DNA from: Prevotella sp.
Lineage (GTDB): Bacteria > Bacteroidota > Bacteroidia > Bacteroidales > Dysgonomonadaceae
DNA length: 13,564 nt
Direction of reading: 5' to 3'
Assembly: GCA_031285625.1 (NCBI GenBank)
Contig: JAITVV010000078.1
Location: forward strand, 1-13,564
Shown here: positions 1 to 8,151 of the stretch, piece by piece
How the letters are laid out: the number at the start of each line of letters is the position of its first letter
Position numbering within the stretch: the first letter of the stretch is position 1
Translations under genes and position numbers: made by a program
Notes under the pieces: model-generated
Database searches by the model: none
Told to the model about the DNA's origin: nothing
What the model saw: the letters and a program-made list of their open reading frames with translations, nothing else

Positions 1-25
1 GGGTCATGCCGAATTTTTGTGGAGT
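1..25. repeat. Right terminal inverted repeat of the IS
   Basis: 25/25 inverted match to 1368-1392; overlaps the transposase stop codon (25-27) by one base. Confidence 0.95.
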
Positions 26-1017
26 TATGCATAAATATTTTTGAGTCTAAACAGGAAGTATGGGATATGGTTCACCCCTCTAAGAGTAGCTCTAAAGGAC
101 TTTATTTTTGCATTAAAGGATTCAGCGGAGGCATTTGTTGAACGGTTGTCAAAGAAGTTTAATATTGTTTCATATCTGGCAGCAATAGAGTTCATTACCG
201 TGTTAAACTGAGCGTATCCGGCATCTTCTACTTTGCTGAACCATTGAGCTAACCGGGTAAAGGCAATTCCTTTATCTTTAGTTGTATGATAGATGTATTT
301 CAATTTCATGGTTAGCTTGTAGGCTTTTTCCAGTTGAGGATAATAGTTGAAAAGTACTTCGGCTCTAAAGCGTTGTTTAGGTGTCCATTTATCCTCTGTT
401 TTGAAAAGCAGGTAGCGGCTGCGTACCAACAGTTGTTTATGTGTATCTCCGTTTTCAAGCAGCAGGGGGACATATTCTTGCTTAAGTTCCTTAGCCAACT
501 GCATTTCTTTGTTTTCCTGTTCGATAGCCTGCCAACGATAGGTGATACGCATATCCTGCAAGGCTTCATTGGCTAATTTTTCAACATGAAAACGGTCTGT
601 TACCAAATTAGCCTTGGGGAAACATCGTTTAGCTATCAGCTCCATATTGGGAGCCATGTCCAAAGTAATCTCCTTAACCTTACGCCGCTTACTCTCTTTT
701 ATCTTTGAGACAACTGCTATTACATCTTCCGCTTTTGTGCCTTTGACGATGGCTACAAGTGCTCCCTTTTTACCTTTAGCGGACTTATTGGTAACCACCG
801 TGTAGAGTTCATCATAGCTCAGGGATGTCTCATCAATACTCAGATAGTCTCCTATATTATCTGCAAACAACAGCCATTTACCGGCATGTTCCCTGTCTTC
901 CCATTCTACAAAGTCCGATAAATGAAGACGGTACCATTCTTCTAATCTTTTCCCACTGATATTAAAGAATTTACCAAGTGTTGAACTGTTTACGGGTTCG
1001 GTATCAAGGTAATGCTT
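25..1017 (-). CDS. ISL3-family DDE transposase, catalytic part (frame open to 1017, beyond the TTG start at 870)
   Basis: ISL3 motifs LSIDET, VTDRFH and TNASAESFNAKIK. Manual reading shows no stop between 870 and the TAA at 1018-1020. Confidence 0.9.
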   Translation of the reverse strand, partial: KHYLDTEPVNSSTLGKFFNISGKRLEEWYRLHLSDFVEWEDREHAGKWLLFADNIGDYLSIDETSLSYDELYTVVTNKSAKGKKGALVAIVKGTKAEDVIAVVSKIKESKRRKVKEITLDMAPNMELIAKRCFPKANLVTDRFHVEKLANEALQDMRITYRWQAIEQENKEMQLAKELKQEYVPLLLENGDTHKQLLVRSRYLLFKTEDKWTPKQRFRAEVLFNYYPQLEKAYKLTMKLKYIYHTTKDKGIAFTRLAQWFSKVEDAGYAQFNTVMNSIAARYETILNFFDNRSTNASAESFNAKIKSFRATLRGVNHIPYFLFRLKNIYA

Positions 1018-1342
1018 TTAAAAAAGCGGCGAACTCCGCTGTCAAACGAGTCCCCTGTGCTACCAAATCCCAATCCCGCATAAAGGGATCGCCGGTGTCC
1101 ATATCCTGCCAACGACGGCGGCGAACCCGTAATATCAGACTTTTACCCCGTACAGGGAAATCATGTATATCTGCCGATGGATAAAATCCTTTGGAATAAA
1201 GTCGATGACCTTGACGTTCATCTTGCGATAAATCTCTTTCTTCCAAATCAATAATGATACTCCTTGGAGATTGTTCTACCTCTATTACTGTAAAATAATC
1301 CAAAACCCCTGACGGCAATAAAAGTTCGTAGCCTGTTCCCAT
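1004..1342 (-). CDS. Transposase N-terminal region protein (ISAon1-type upstream ORF)
   Basis: 112 aa with IHDFPVRGKSLILRVRRRRW, matching the ISL3 N-terminal D-x-P...RR pattern; lies inside the IRs and overlaps the catalytic frame. Confidence 0.88.
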   Translation of the reverse strand: MGTGYELLLPSGVLDYFTVIEVEQSPRSIIIDLEERDLSQDERQGHRLYSKGFYPSADIHDFPVRGKSLILRVRRRRWQDMDTGDPFMRDWDLVAQGTRLTAEFAAFLKALP

Positions 1343-1346
1343 TTAA

Positions 1347-1377
1347 CAAAGCTAATACTTTTAACCCACTCCACAAA
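1347..1377 (-). promoter_or_regulatory. Putative Bacteroidota sigma-A promoter of the transposase
   Basis: Minus strand TTTG (1374-1377, inside the left IR), 19-nt spacer, TAGCTTTG (1347-1354). Confidence 0.6.
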
Positions 1378-1392
1378 AATTCGGCATGACCC
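1368..1392. repeat. Left terminal inverted repeat of the IS
   Basis: ACTCCACAAAAATTCGGCATGACCC, perfect inverse of 1-25. Confidence 0.95.
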
Positions 1393-1420
1393 AAAATATA
1401 CCCCACAGTATACCCTAAAA

Positions 1421-1459
1421 AGAAAAATCCACTGATAAAATACTAATTATCAATGGATT
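1421..1459 (-). terminator. Putative intrinsic terminator after the tRNA(CAT)
   Basis: AATCCACTGATAA...TTATCAATGGATT 13-bp stem with one non-Watson-Crick position, followed by a T-rich run on the minus strand. Confidence 0.55.
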
Positions 1460-1474
1460 ATCTACTGTAAAAAG

Positions 1475-1548
1475 TGGTCCCACCTGGGCTTGAACCAGGG
1501 ACCCCCTGATTATGAGTCAGATGCTCTAACCAACTGAGCTATAGGACC
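1475..1548 (-). tRNA. tRNA with CAT anticodon, most likely tRNA-Ile2 (lysidine-modified)
   Basis: GGTCCTA..TAGCTCAGTTGGTTAGAGC..CTGACT-CAT-AATCAG..GGTTCAAGCC..TGGGACC-A cloverleaf. GACTCATAATC resembles Ile2, and there is no C1:A72 mismatch or GGG/CCC stem as in the initiator. Confidence 0.92.
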
Positions 1549-1579
1549 TGATTTTCGGTGGTTAACCCGAAATCGGATG

Positions 1580-1611
1580 CAATATTACTGCTTTTTGTTG
1601 AATTCAGCAAA
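1580..1611 (-). promoter_or_regulatory. Putative promoter of the tRNA(CAT)
   Basis: Minus strand TTTG (1608-1611), 20-nt spacer, TAATATTG (1580-1587), one mismatch to TAnnTTTG. Confidence 0.5.
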
Positions 1612-1707
1612 CATTTCATAAAAAAACAATTGCATACTTCTTTTAAAATTGTCTTAAAGTATAGATTAAATACTTTTATATCAGTCGTATCAATAGTGAA
1701 TATTTTT

Positions 1708-2724
1708 TTAGAAAGCTGTTAGAAAAGATAGCACACAAACAGCGACAAACAGTGACATATAAATGTAGAATAGGATAGCAATACCTTTTGTCTCTACCAG
1801 AGCAAAGTAATGTGACAATAGCATGGAGCCTATCCCTATTGAGATGTATAGATTTACATCCGGTGCAATATTCAGAAAAAGGGACAGAAGTAAAGCAGCT
1901 ATTGTTGTAAAGCTGAGCAATGAAAGACATGCTCTTATCCTTATTTTATCTTTATGCCTGTTTATGTAGTTATCCCCGATTATGAGGCTCAGCAGAAATA
2001 CCATTGCTATTAGTATTCCCCACGCTATAGCATTTAAACTAAATACCGGCAGATTTTTAAGTATATCGATGTTACAACTAGCGACGAAAGGTAAAATAAA
2101 CTCGTCTAGTTTGTCAATAAATAAATAGGTAGAGAATGTTGGAAAATATACAATAGAGAAGCCCAATAAAGATGCTAATATCGATTTGGCATTAAAGCAT
2201 CTCATCATCATAAGGGCAATCCATGATAAGGGTATATAAAGCAATATTACGGGAGTAAATAAGCTGCCCAACGCCAGTATAAACGTTACCTTAAAAGCGA
2301 TAATAGCTTTAGCTGCTTCATTATATGAGTCGAAAAGTACAGAAATAATAAGCAGTATGAATAGTATACCCAGGTAAGCAGGCGAAACCCAGATAAACGA
2401 GGGGTGACAACTGAACAACAATATTATAATAGCCGGAGGTAATAAAGTTCGCCTCCTTATCAATACAAAATCAGTATTGATGTGAGCTACAGAAATAGCC
2501 ATCAGAGCTACTAATATGGAGCTTCCGATAAAGGAATATAGTGGGTCTTGTATAAACGGTATAAAATATTGCCATAAATAGCCGCCTGATAAATTTCCTG
2601 TATCTGGTGTACCTAAAAATATGGTAAATATAATTCGAAGGAATATGGCCAGAATAATGGAAAAGATAAGGATTCCTTTACCTTCGGCTACATGATTTTT
2701 ATAAAATCTGGGAACTGTTGCCAT
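1708..2724 (-). CDS. Polytopic membrane protein of unknown function (possibly DUF6427-like), co-transcribed with purD
   Basis: 338 aa with many hydrophobic segments, starting 3 nt after the purD stop. The family name is recalled from Bacteroidota synteny and is unverified. Confidence 0.8.
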   Translation of the reverse strand: MATVPRFYKNHVAEGKGILIFSIILAIFLRIIFTIFLGTPDTGNLSGGYLWQYFIPFIQDPLYSFIGSSILVALMAISVAHINTDFVLIRRRTLLPPAIIILLFSCHPSFIWVSPAYLGILFILLIISVLFDSYNEAAKAIIAFKVTFILALGSLFTPVILLYIPLSWIALMMMRCFNAKSILASLLGFSIVYFPTFSTYLFIDKLDEFILPFVASCNIDILKNLPVFSLNAIAWGILIAMVFLLSLIIGDNYINRHKDKIRIRACLSLLSFTTIAALLLSLFLNIAPDVNLYISIGIGSMLLSHYFALVETKGIAILFYIYMSLFVAVCVLSFLTAF

Positions 2725-2727
2725 TTT

Positions 2728-3999
2728 TTATTTAAGATCAAATCCTATATCTTTTCTGTAATATTTTTTATCAAATAAGATCTTATCCGCATTTTTGAAA
2801 GATAGGGATAAAGCATCATCTTTGGTCTTTCCATAAGAACTGATGGCAATCACACGCCCTCCATTAGTAAGCACTTTATTTTCTGATAATTTTGTACCTG
2901 CATGAAAAAGGATACTGTCATGTACCTGATCCAGACCCGTCATCTCCTTATCCTTTTCATAGCTTCCCGGATAGCCGCCCGATACGAGCATTACGGTAAC
3001 TGCATATCTGTCATCGATCTCCAATACTTTATCTTTGAGGTTTTTTGTAGCCACTCCTTCGAGTAGAGAAACAAAATCAGATTTTATTCGCAACATTACA
3101 ACTTCGGTTTCAGGGTCTCCCATGCGTACATTGTATTCAATAACCATTGGCTCTCCTTTCACTTCTATCAGTCCAAGAAATATGAAACCTTTATAGGTTA
3201 TATTATCTTTCTTAAGGCCCTCTATTGTTGGAATTACAATACGTTGTTCCACTTTCTCCATAAAACTTTTATCCGCAAAGGAGACTGGAGAAACAGCTCC
3301 CATACCACCTGTATTAAGACCTGTATCACCCTCTCCTATACGTTTGTAATCTTTGGCTACAGGTAGTATTTTGTAAGACTCTCCATCAGTAAGTACGAAA
3401 ACTGAACATTCTATACCTGACAGAAATTCTTCAATAACAACAGTTTTGCTTGCATCGCCAAACATACCGCTTAGCATTTCTTTTAATTCTCGTTTTGCTT
3501 CTTCAATATCATTGATTATAAGAACCCCTTTTCCGGCAGCCAGTCCATCAGCTTTTAACACATATGGTGCTTCCAACTCTTCCAGAAAATGGTATGCATC
3601 ATCTAGTTGACTTAATGTGAAACTTTTGTATTTGGCGGTAGGAATGTTGTGGCGAACCATAAATTGTTTGGCAAAATCTTTACTACCCTCAAGTTCTGCT
3701 CCAAGTTTAGAAGGACCTATTACCGGAATATTTTTAATCTCTTCGTCATTAATGAAGAAGTCATAAATACCTTTGACCAAAGGCTCTTCCGGTCCTACAA
3801 CAACCATGTCTATACTATTATTTAAAACGAACTCCTTTATGGAAGGAAAATCTGTTGCAGATAAGTTTATATTATTTGCAATCAAGTGGGTGCCTGCATT
3901 GCCTGGAGCAACATAGAGGTCATTCACCTTATTGCTCTGTTTGATTTTCCATGCAAGTGCACTTTCGCGTCCCCCGTTTCCTAATAGTAATATATTCAT
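2728..3999 (-). CDS. purD: Phosphoribosylamine--glycine ligase (GAR synthetase)
   Basis: [70 protein letters not shown]. Start moved to the ATG at 3999 (423 aa). Confidence 0.97.
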   Translation of the reverse strand: MNILLLGNGGRESALAWKIKQSNKVNDLYVAPGNAGTHLIANNINLSATDFPSIKEFVLNNSIDMVVVGPEEPLVKGIYDFFINDEEIKNIPVIGPSKLGAELEGSKDFAKQFMVRHNIPTAKYKSFTLSQLDDAYHFLEELEAPYVLKADGLAAGKGVLIINDIEEAKRELKEMLSGMFGDASKTVVIEEFLSGIECSVFVLTDGESYKILPVAKDYKRIGEGDTGLNTGGMGAVSPVSFADKSFMEKVEQRIVIPTIEGLKKDNITYKGFIFLGLIEVKGEPMVIEYNVRMGDPETEVVMLRIKSDFVSLLEGVATKNLKDKVLEIDDRYAVTVMLVSGGYPGSYEKDKEMTGLDQVHDSILFHAGTKLSENKVLTNGGRVIAISSYGKTKDDALSLSFKNADKILFDKKYYRKDIGFDLK

Positions 4000-4099
4000 A
4001 GTTATTGTTATAAGTAAAAGATAATAAATTAGATTGTTGTGCTTCGGAATATTAACTATAGTAGTTATAACCAACAGGCAACCTTAATTCTTTGAGCAG

Positions 4100-4155
4100 C
4101 AAAGATACATGATTATTTTCTTAACATGAAATCAGAAATATTTATTGTAAGTTTG
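4100..4155. promoter_or_regulatory. Divergent -7 boxes for purD (minus) and tcdA (plus)
   Basis: TATCTTTG on minus (4100-4107) and TAAGTTTG on plus (4148-4155), both perfect TAnnTTTG. Confidence 0.6.
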
Positions 4156-4168
4156 TAGCCCTAAAAAA

Positions 4169-4948
4169 ATGAAAGAAATAGGTATGGAAGAGCAGAAAGG
4201 AATCTTTAAAAGAACAGAGCTTCTGCTTGGTGAAAAATTGATGAATAAAATATCTTCTGCAAAAATTATTTTATTTGGAGTTGGAGGGGTTGGTAGTTGG
4301 TGTGCCGAGAGTCTGGTCAGATCGGGTGTAAAATATCTTACCATTGTAGACTCTGATAAAGTTTGTGAAACTAATATCAACCGGCAGCTTATGGCTACGA
4401 CCAAAACAGTAGGGCAACGCAAAGTTGATGTACTGAAAGCCCGGTTGATAGAAATTAATTCTGAAGCAGAAATAAAAACAATAGCAGGTATATATAGTGA
4501 AGAAACTTCTGATTCTTTCAAACTCGATACCTATGATTATATAATTGATGCAATAGATAGCCTAAAGCATAAGGTTCATCTGATACAAACTGCAACCCGT
4601 ACTAAAGCTAAATTGTATTCATCTATGGGTGCTGCTCTAAAAATGGATCCGACGCGAATAAAGGTTGCTGAATTCTGGAAAGTAAAAGGCTGTCCTTTGG
4701 CAGCAGCTCTTCGTCGTAAAATGAAACAGGGAGAAAGACCTTCAAAGAAGTTTATGTGTGTATATAGCGATGAAGTTCTTGAAAATAAGGGTCTGAAGTA
4801 TGAAAATGATGAGTCTAAAAGTTCTGAATTGTTGAAACAAGATAATCCCAGTGTAAAAGCGCAAACTAATGGGACTTTAGTCCATATAACAGCAATCTTT
4901 GGGTTTACTTTAGCTGGGTTGATTATACAGCATATTTGCAAAGAGTGA
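4169..4948 (+). CDS. tcdA: tRNA threonylcarbamoyladenosine dehydratase (ThiF/E1-like); start may be the second Met
   Basis: FKRTELLLG, FGVGGVGSWCAESLVRSG, DSDKVCETNINRQ, IIDAIDS, SSMGAALKMDPT, CPLA. Confidence 0.88.
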   Translation: MKEIGMEEQKGIFKRTELLLGEKLMNKISSAKIILFGVGGVGSWCAESLVRSGVKYLTIVDSDKVCETNINRQLMATTKTVGQRKVDVLKARLIEINSEAEIKTIAGIYSEETSDSFKLDTYDYIIDAIDSLKHKVHLIQTATRTKAKLYSSMGAALKMDPTRIKVAEFWKVKGCPLAAALRRKMKQGERPSKKFMCVYSDEVLENKGLKYENDESKSSELLKQDNPSVKAQTNGTLVHITAIFGFTLAGLIIQHICKE

Positions 4949-5020
4949 CAAAAGGAAAAGTTTCATCTATATTCCAGGATAAAATTCTCATCTTTGTATT
5001 AACAAATAAAATAAATTGCG

Positions 5021-5476
5021 ATGAATGAATTGATTATTAATTACAGTGGAGTCTCAAAAAATAAAAAGGTAGTAAATGTAATTGTCGGAGCTTATCTGGC
5101 AGGATTTACATTATATTTCAGTATTATTGAAGGAATTTCCAGTCGCTATGGAGGTCTTTTTTTCTGTGCTTTAGTGGGGTTTGCTCTGGCTGTTATATTG
5201 ATACTAAGCAATACATTGTGGGTTTCCGGAACTTCATTGATAATTGACAGCAATATTATTAAGCCTAATCTTTCCGGACAGAATAAAGGTACGATTGACT
5301 GGACGAGTGTAAGCAGCGTGAATATTGGAGTAAGCTATGTTGTATTCTCAATTAATGGGGGGCAAAAACAAAGGAAATTGGATCTTTCGGTTTTGATTTA
5401 TGATGATGTTAAAACAGTAAAAGGAAAAATCATTGAAATATGTGAATATAAAAATATTCCTTATCATAATGACTAA
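5021..5476 (+). CDS. Hypothetical protein with two N-terminal transmembrane helices and a soluble C-terminal domain
   Basis: 151 aa ORF with an A-rich initiation region, two hydrophobic stretches and a clean fit between tcdA and the tRNA-like gene. Confidence 0.8.
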   Translation: MNELIINYSGVSKNKKVVNVIVGAYLAGFTLYFSIIEGISSRYGGLFFCALVGFALAVILILSNTLWVSGTSLIIDSNIIKPNLSGQNKGTIDWTSVSSVNIGVSYVVFSINGGQKQRKLDLSVLIYDDVKTVKGKIIEICEYKNIPYHND

Positions 5477-5490
5477 AAACTAATTCGTAC

Positions 5491-5562
5491 GCGGAAGTAG
5501 CTCAAATGAAAGAGCATCGGTCGCCAAGTCGAGGGTTGCAGGTTTAAGTCCTGTCTTCCGCA
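5491..5562 (+). tRNA. Atypical or pseudo tRNA-Gly-like gene (GCC-containing loop)
   Basis: Acceptor GCGGAAG/CTTCCGC, D stem GCTC/GAGC, T stem GCAGG/CCTGT and anticodon arm TCGGT-CGCCAA-GTCGA. The D loop lacks GG, the T loop reads TTTAAGT and the anticodon arm is 1 nt short. Confidence 0.75.
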
Positions 5563-5644
5563 CTCATACTTCTATATGGGGGTCTTTCGAATTGACTATG
5601 TATCAATGGTATATAATTTTATTCAAAATATTTCGATCAAAATA

Positions 5645-5675
5645 TTGCAAATATAAAATTCTTGTCCTACCTTTG
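5645..5675 (+). promoter_or_regulatory. Putative promoter of tRNA-Val
   Basis: TTGC near 5645 and a perfect -7 box TACCTTTG at 5668-5675. Confidence 0.6.
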
Positions 5676-5708
5676 CCACGCATTTGAGAGAAAATGCAAA
5701 TCTAACAA

Positions 5709-5783
5709 GGGCGTTTAGCTCAGCTGGTTCAGAGCATCTGCCTTACAAGCAGAGGGTCGGCGGTTCGAATCCGTCAACGCCCA
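5709..5783 (+). tRNA. tRNA-Val(TAC)
   Basis: GGGCGTT/AACGCCC acceptor, TCTGC-CT-TAC-AA-GCAGA anticodon arm, GGTTCGAATCC T arm, discriminator A. Confidence 0.97.
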
Positions 5784-5828
5784 CAAAATGGCAAATCCCT
5801 ATAAAGACAGGAGAAGCCAACAAAAGAC

Positions 5829-5866
5829 AAAAAGTCTGTTAGTCAGTAGATTAGCAGACTTTTTTT
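5829..5866 (+). terminator. Putative terminator after tRNA-Val
   Basis: AAAAGTCTGTTA...TAGCAGACTTTT stem followed by a T run. Confidence 0.65.
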
Positions 5867-6074
5867 ATTCTACTCTATGACAGTAAAAGTCAGTTTAGGA
5901 CACCAGTTGAGTGAGTAAAACATGAGCAAAATCAATCTTCGTATTTTACTCACGATTAACCAAATTAACCGCTGGTAATAAGTGACTTACAATGACTCTA
6001 CTTGGCTTATTTAAGGGCTTTATTCTTTAAGTGATACGGAATAATTTTGTCGAATCATTTAAAAAGAATGAGTT

Positions 6075-7288
6075 ATGAAAAGTACGTATCGAATCCTTTT
6101 CTTAATCAGAAAGAGAGATTTAAACAAAGAAGGTTTAGCCAATGTTATGGTTAGAATCACGATTAGCGGAGAACAAGCGGAATTCAGTGCCAAAGAATTT
6201 GTGAAACCTGAAATGTGGAGTCCGTTGGGTAAAGTTATCGGCAGAACCAAAGAAGCACAAAAAATCAATGATTCTTTGGATAAAATAAAGATAGCTTTGG
6301 ACAGCCATTATAAGGCGATTCTTGAAAGAGAGGACTATGTTCACCTGATAAACTACGAAACGCCTATTTGGGCAAAGAGATTCGGAATAATACTGTACTA
6401 TCTCTCTATGATATTAAAGTAGAACAAAAACGTAATCTTGTGGGTAAGACGATTCGCAGTACAACCCTTTCTAAATATTTAGCCACAAAAAAACGTGTAG
6501 GTGATTTTATGGAATACAAATATCAGAAAGGAGATATGCCGATTCGGGAGGTAGATTTTCAGTTTGTTACAGATTATGAAGTTTACCTGAAATCCGTCTG
6601 CGGATGCGGGCATAACTCTACCATTAAACATTTACGCTACTTGAAACAGGTGGTTACCAACGCACTAAAGAATAAATATATTACAGTAGACCCTTTCGAT
6701 GATTATACACTTGGATACAAACCCGTAAAGAAAGAATTTCTGATTGAGCCTGAAATAAAAAAACTGATGAACAAGAAATTTGATTCAAAACGGTTGGAAG
6801 AAGTGCGAGACGTTTTTCTATTCCAAATTTTCACTGGATTGGCATATATAGACGCTGCTAATCTAAAAGAAGATAATATCATAGAAGATGGCTTCGGACA
6901 GAAATGGATACAACTTACTCGGCAGAAATCTTCCGTTCAAGCAAATATCCCATTATTAGATGTCCCCTTATCCATTCTTAAGAAGTATAAAGGGTTGAAT
7001 AATGGAAAACTTCTCCCAATGCACACGAACCAAAAAATGAATGAATATTTAAAGGAAATTGCAGCGTTATGTGGTATAAATAAGAGACTTACAACACATT
7101 GCGGCAGGCACAGTTTCGGAACGATAATGCTGACCAAAGGTGTTTCTATCGAAAGTGTTTCCAAAATGTTAGGTCATACAAATATCACAACCACCCAGAT
7201 TTATGCGAAAGTACTGAATCTGAAAATATTTACGGAAGTTAATAAGGTCAGGGGAGAGTTGGACAGTTTGGCGAAGTATTATAAGTAG
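6075..7288 (+). pseudogene. Bacteroidota-type site-specific tyrosine integrase split by a 1-nt frameshift near 6340
   Basis: N-terminal arm-binding domain (ILFLIRK..NKEGLANVMVRITISG) in one frame. SAM-like and catalytic domains (FTGLAYID, RQKS, TTHCGRHSF, LGHTNITTTQIYA) in another frame open from 6326. Joined length is about 404 aa. Confidence 0.88.
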
Positions 7289-7309
7289 AGAAAGTGATTT
7301 TATTTTCCA

Positions 7310-7341
7310 CACAATAGTACACAATCTTCTGTATTATTGTG
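7310..7341. terminator. Hairpin after the integrase
   Basis: CACAATAGTACA / TGTATTATTGTG, 12-bp stem with one G-U, but no clear U tract. Confidence 0.35.
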
Positions 7342-7413
7342 CAGTTATTAAAACCAGTTAATAGTGAAATAAAAAATAGATGTATCTTCTAATACAAACA
7401 AAAAAATATTTGT

Positions 7414-7449
7414 CTTCACCATATTTGCCATTTGGCAAATATGGTGAAG
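7414..7449. promoter_or_regulatory. Perfect 17+2+17 palindrome containing a candidate Crp/Fnr operator
   Basis: CTTCACCATATTTGCCA-TT-TGGCAAATATGGTGAAG; the core TTTGCCA-N2-TGGCAAA recurs at 8152-8167. Confidence 0.7.
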
Positions 7450-7472
7450 GTTTATTTGAGTAACTTGCAGCC

Positions 7473-8039
7473 ATGAAAGAATTTATAGAATACATATTGC
7501 GGTTCGGTAATTTGAACGAACAACAAATTGACTTTATATCCGATAAAGCGGAAATTGTCGAACTTAAAAAAAACGAATATATAGCAGAAGCAGGAAAAAC
7601 AGTAAAACGGATAGCATTTATTCTCGAAGGTATTGTCAGGATTTGCTATTACGATAATAAAGGGGATGAAATAACCAAATATTTCTTCAATAACTCACAT
7701 TTATTATATAGCCCTGAATTTATGACAGGTATGCCAATGCCTGAATACTGGCAAACAGTTACCGATTGCCGGCTCGTTGTCTTTTCAATACGTGAATGGA
7801 AAGAACTATCTGACACCATTATTGGGTGGGATGAAATAATTCAGAAAATAGTAACCAAAAATCACAGGGAAAAATTGGATAAAAGGAGTTTGATGGTTGC
7901 ACAGGATGCAACTACCCGCTATCTGGATTTTTTTACACAATTTCCAACTTTGGTAAACCAAATTCCCTTATCATACATTGCTTCTTATCTTGGAATAACA
8001 CAATCGTCATTAAGTCGGATTAGAAAAAATATACGTTGA
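7473..8039 (+). CDS. Crp/Fnr-family transcriptional regulator
   Basis: cNMP-binding-like N-terminus (LKKNEYIAEAGK..FILEGIVRICYYDNKGDEIT) and C-terminal HTH IASYLGITQSSLSRIRK. Confidence 0.93.
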   Translation: MKEFIEYILRFGNLNEQQIDFISDKAEIVELKKNEYIAEAGKTVKRIAFILEGIVRICYYDNKGDEITKYFFNNSHLLYSPEFMTGMPMPEYWQTVTDCRLVVFSIREWKELSDTIIGWDEIIQKIVTKNHREKLDKRSLMVAQDATTRYLDFFTQFPTLVNQIPLSYIASYLGITQSSLSRIRKNIR

Positions 8040-8079
8040 ATACAATCTTTCATTATCAGTATTCAGCTTTTACTTTTGC

Positions 8080-8121
8080 AAAAACTATCAAGTTGCTATC
8101 AACTCGGTAGTTTTTGTTTTT
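8080..8121 (+). terminator. Putative intrinsic terminator after the Crp/Fnr gene
   Basis: AAAAACTATCAAGTTG-CTAT-CAACTCGGTAGTTTTT stem (one G-U, one mismatch) followed by GTTTTT. Confidence 0.55.
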
Positions 8122-8151
8122 AGAACATAATATTACAGATGAAAAATGCTT

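Larger units (their letters stand above)
1..1392 (-). mobile_element. Complete ISL3-family (ISAon1-like) insertion sequence, 1392 bp
   Basis: 1-25 GGGTCATGCCGAATTTTTGTGGAGT is the exact reverse complement of 1368-1392. The ends start with GG as in ISL3 and enclose two minus-strand transposase ORFs. The target duplication cannot be checked because the window starts at the IS end. Confidence 0.93.

Noticed and set aside
1019-1025. T TTT TTA heptamer as a -1 frameshift site
   Set aside because: The catalytic ORF is in the +1 frame, so a -1 slip would not reach it.
312-1184. Short alternative-frame ORFs inside the IS (312-569, 334-576, 614-805, 978-1184)
   Set aside because: They overlap or are antisense to the transposase frames and show no recognisable motifs.
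1676-1930. 84-aa Cys-rich minus-strand ORF
   Set aside because: Out-of-frame overlap with the 3' end of the 338-aa membrane protein; no independent support.
4000-4099. 25-aa N-terminal extension of PurD, or a purine riboswitch in the leader
   Set aside because: PurD similarity begins at MNILLLG (3999). The leader is AT-rich with only a tiny hairpin and no purine or ZMP aptamer consensus that I can recognise.
4132-4941. Antisense ORFs 4132-4521 and 4576-4941
   Set aside because: Shadow frames of tcdA.
5578-5596. GGGGGTCTTTCGAATTGAC, faintly like a tmRNA 5' end
   Set aside because: Weak match, and no tag ORF or matching T arm and acceptor 3' end before tRNA-Val.
6059-7164. Antisense ORFs over the integrase (6059-6268, 6135-6344, 6937-7164) as possible excisionase
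   Set aside because: All are shadows of the integrase with no HTH signature.
8071-8078. Perfect -7 box TACTTTTG just before the 8080-8121 hairpin (possible sRNA promoter)
   Set aside because: No clear -33 box, the motif arises easily in AT-rich DNA, and the start would fall inside the terminator stem.
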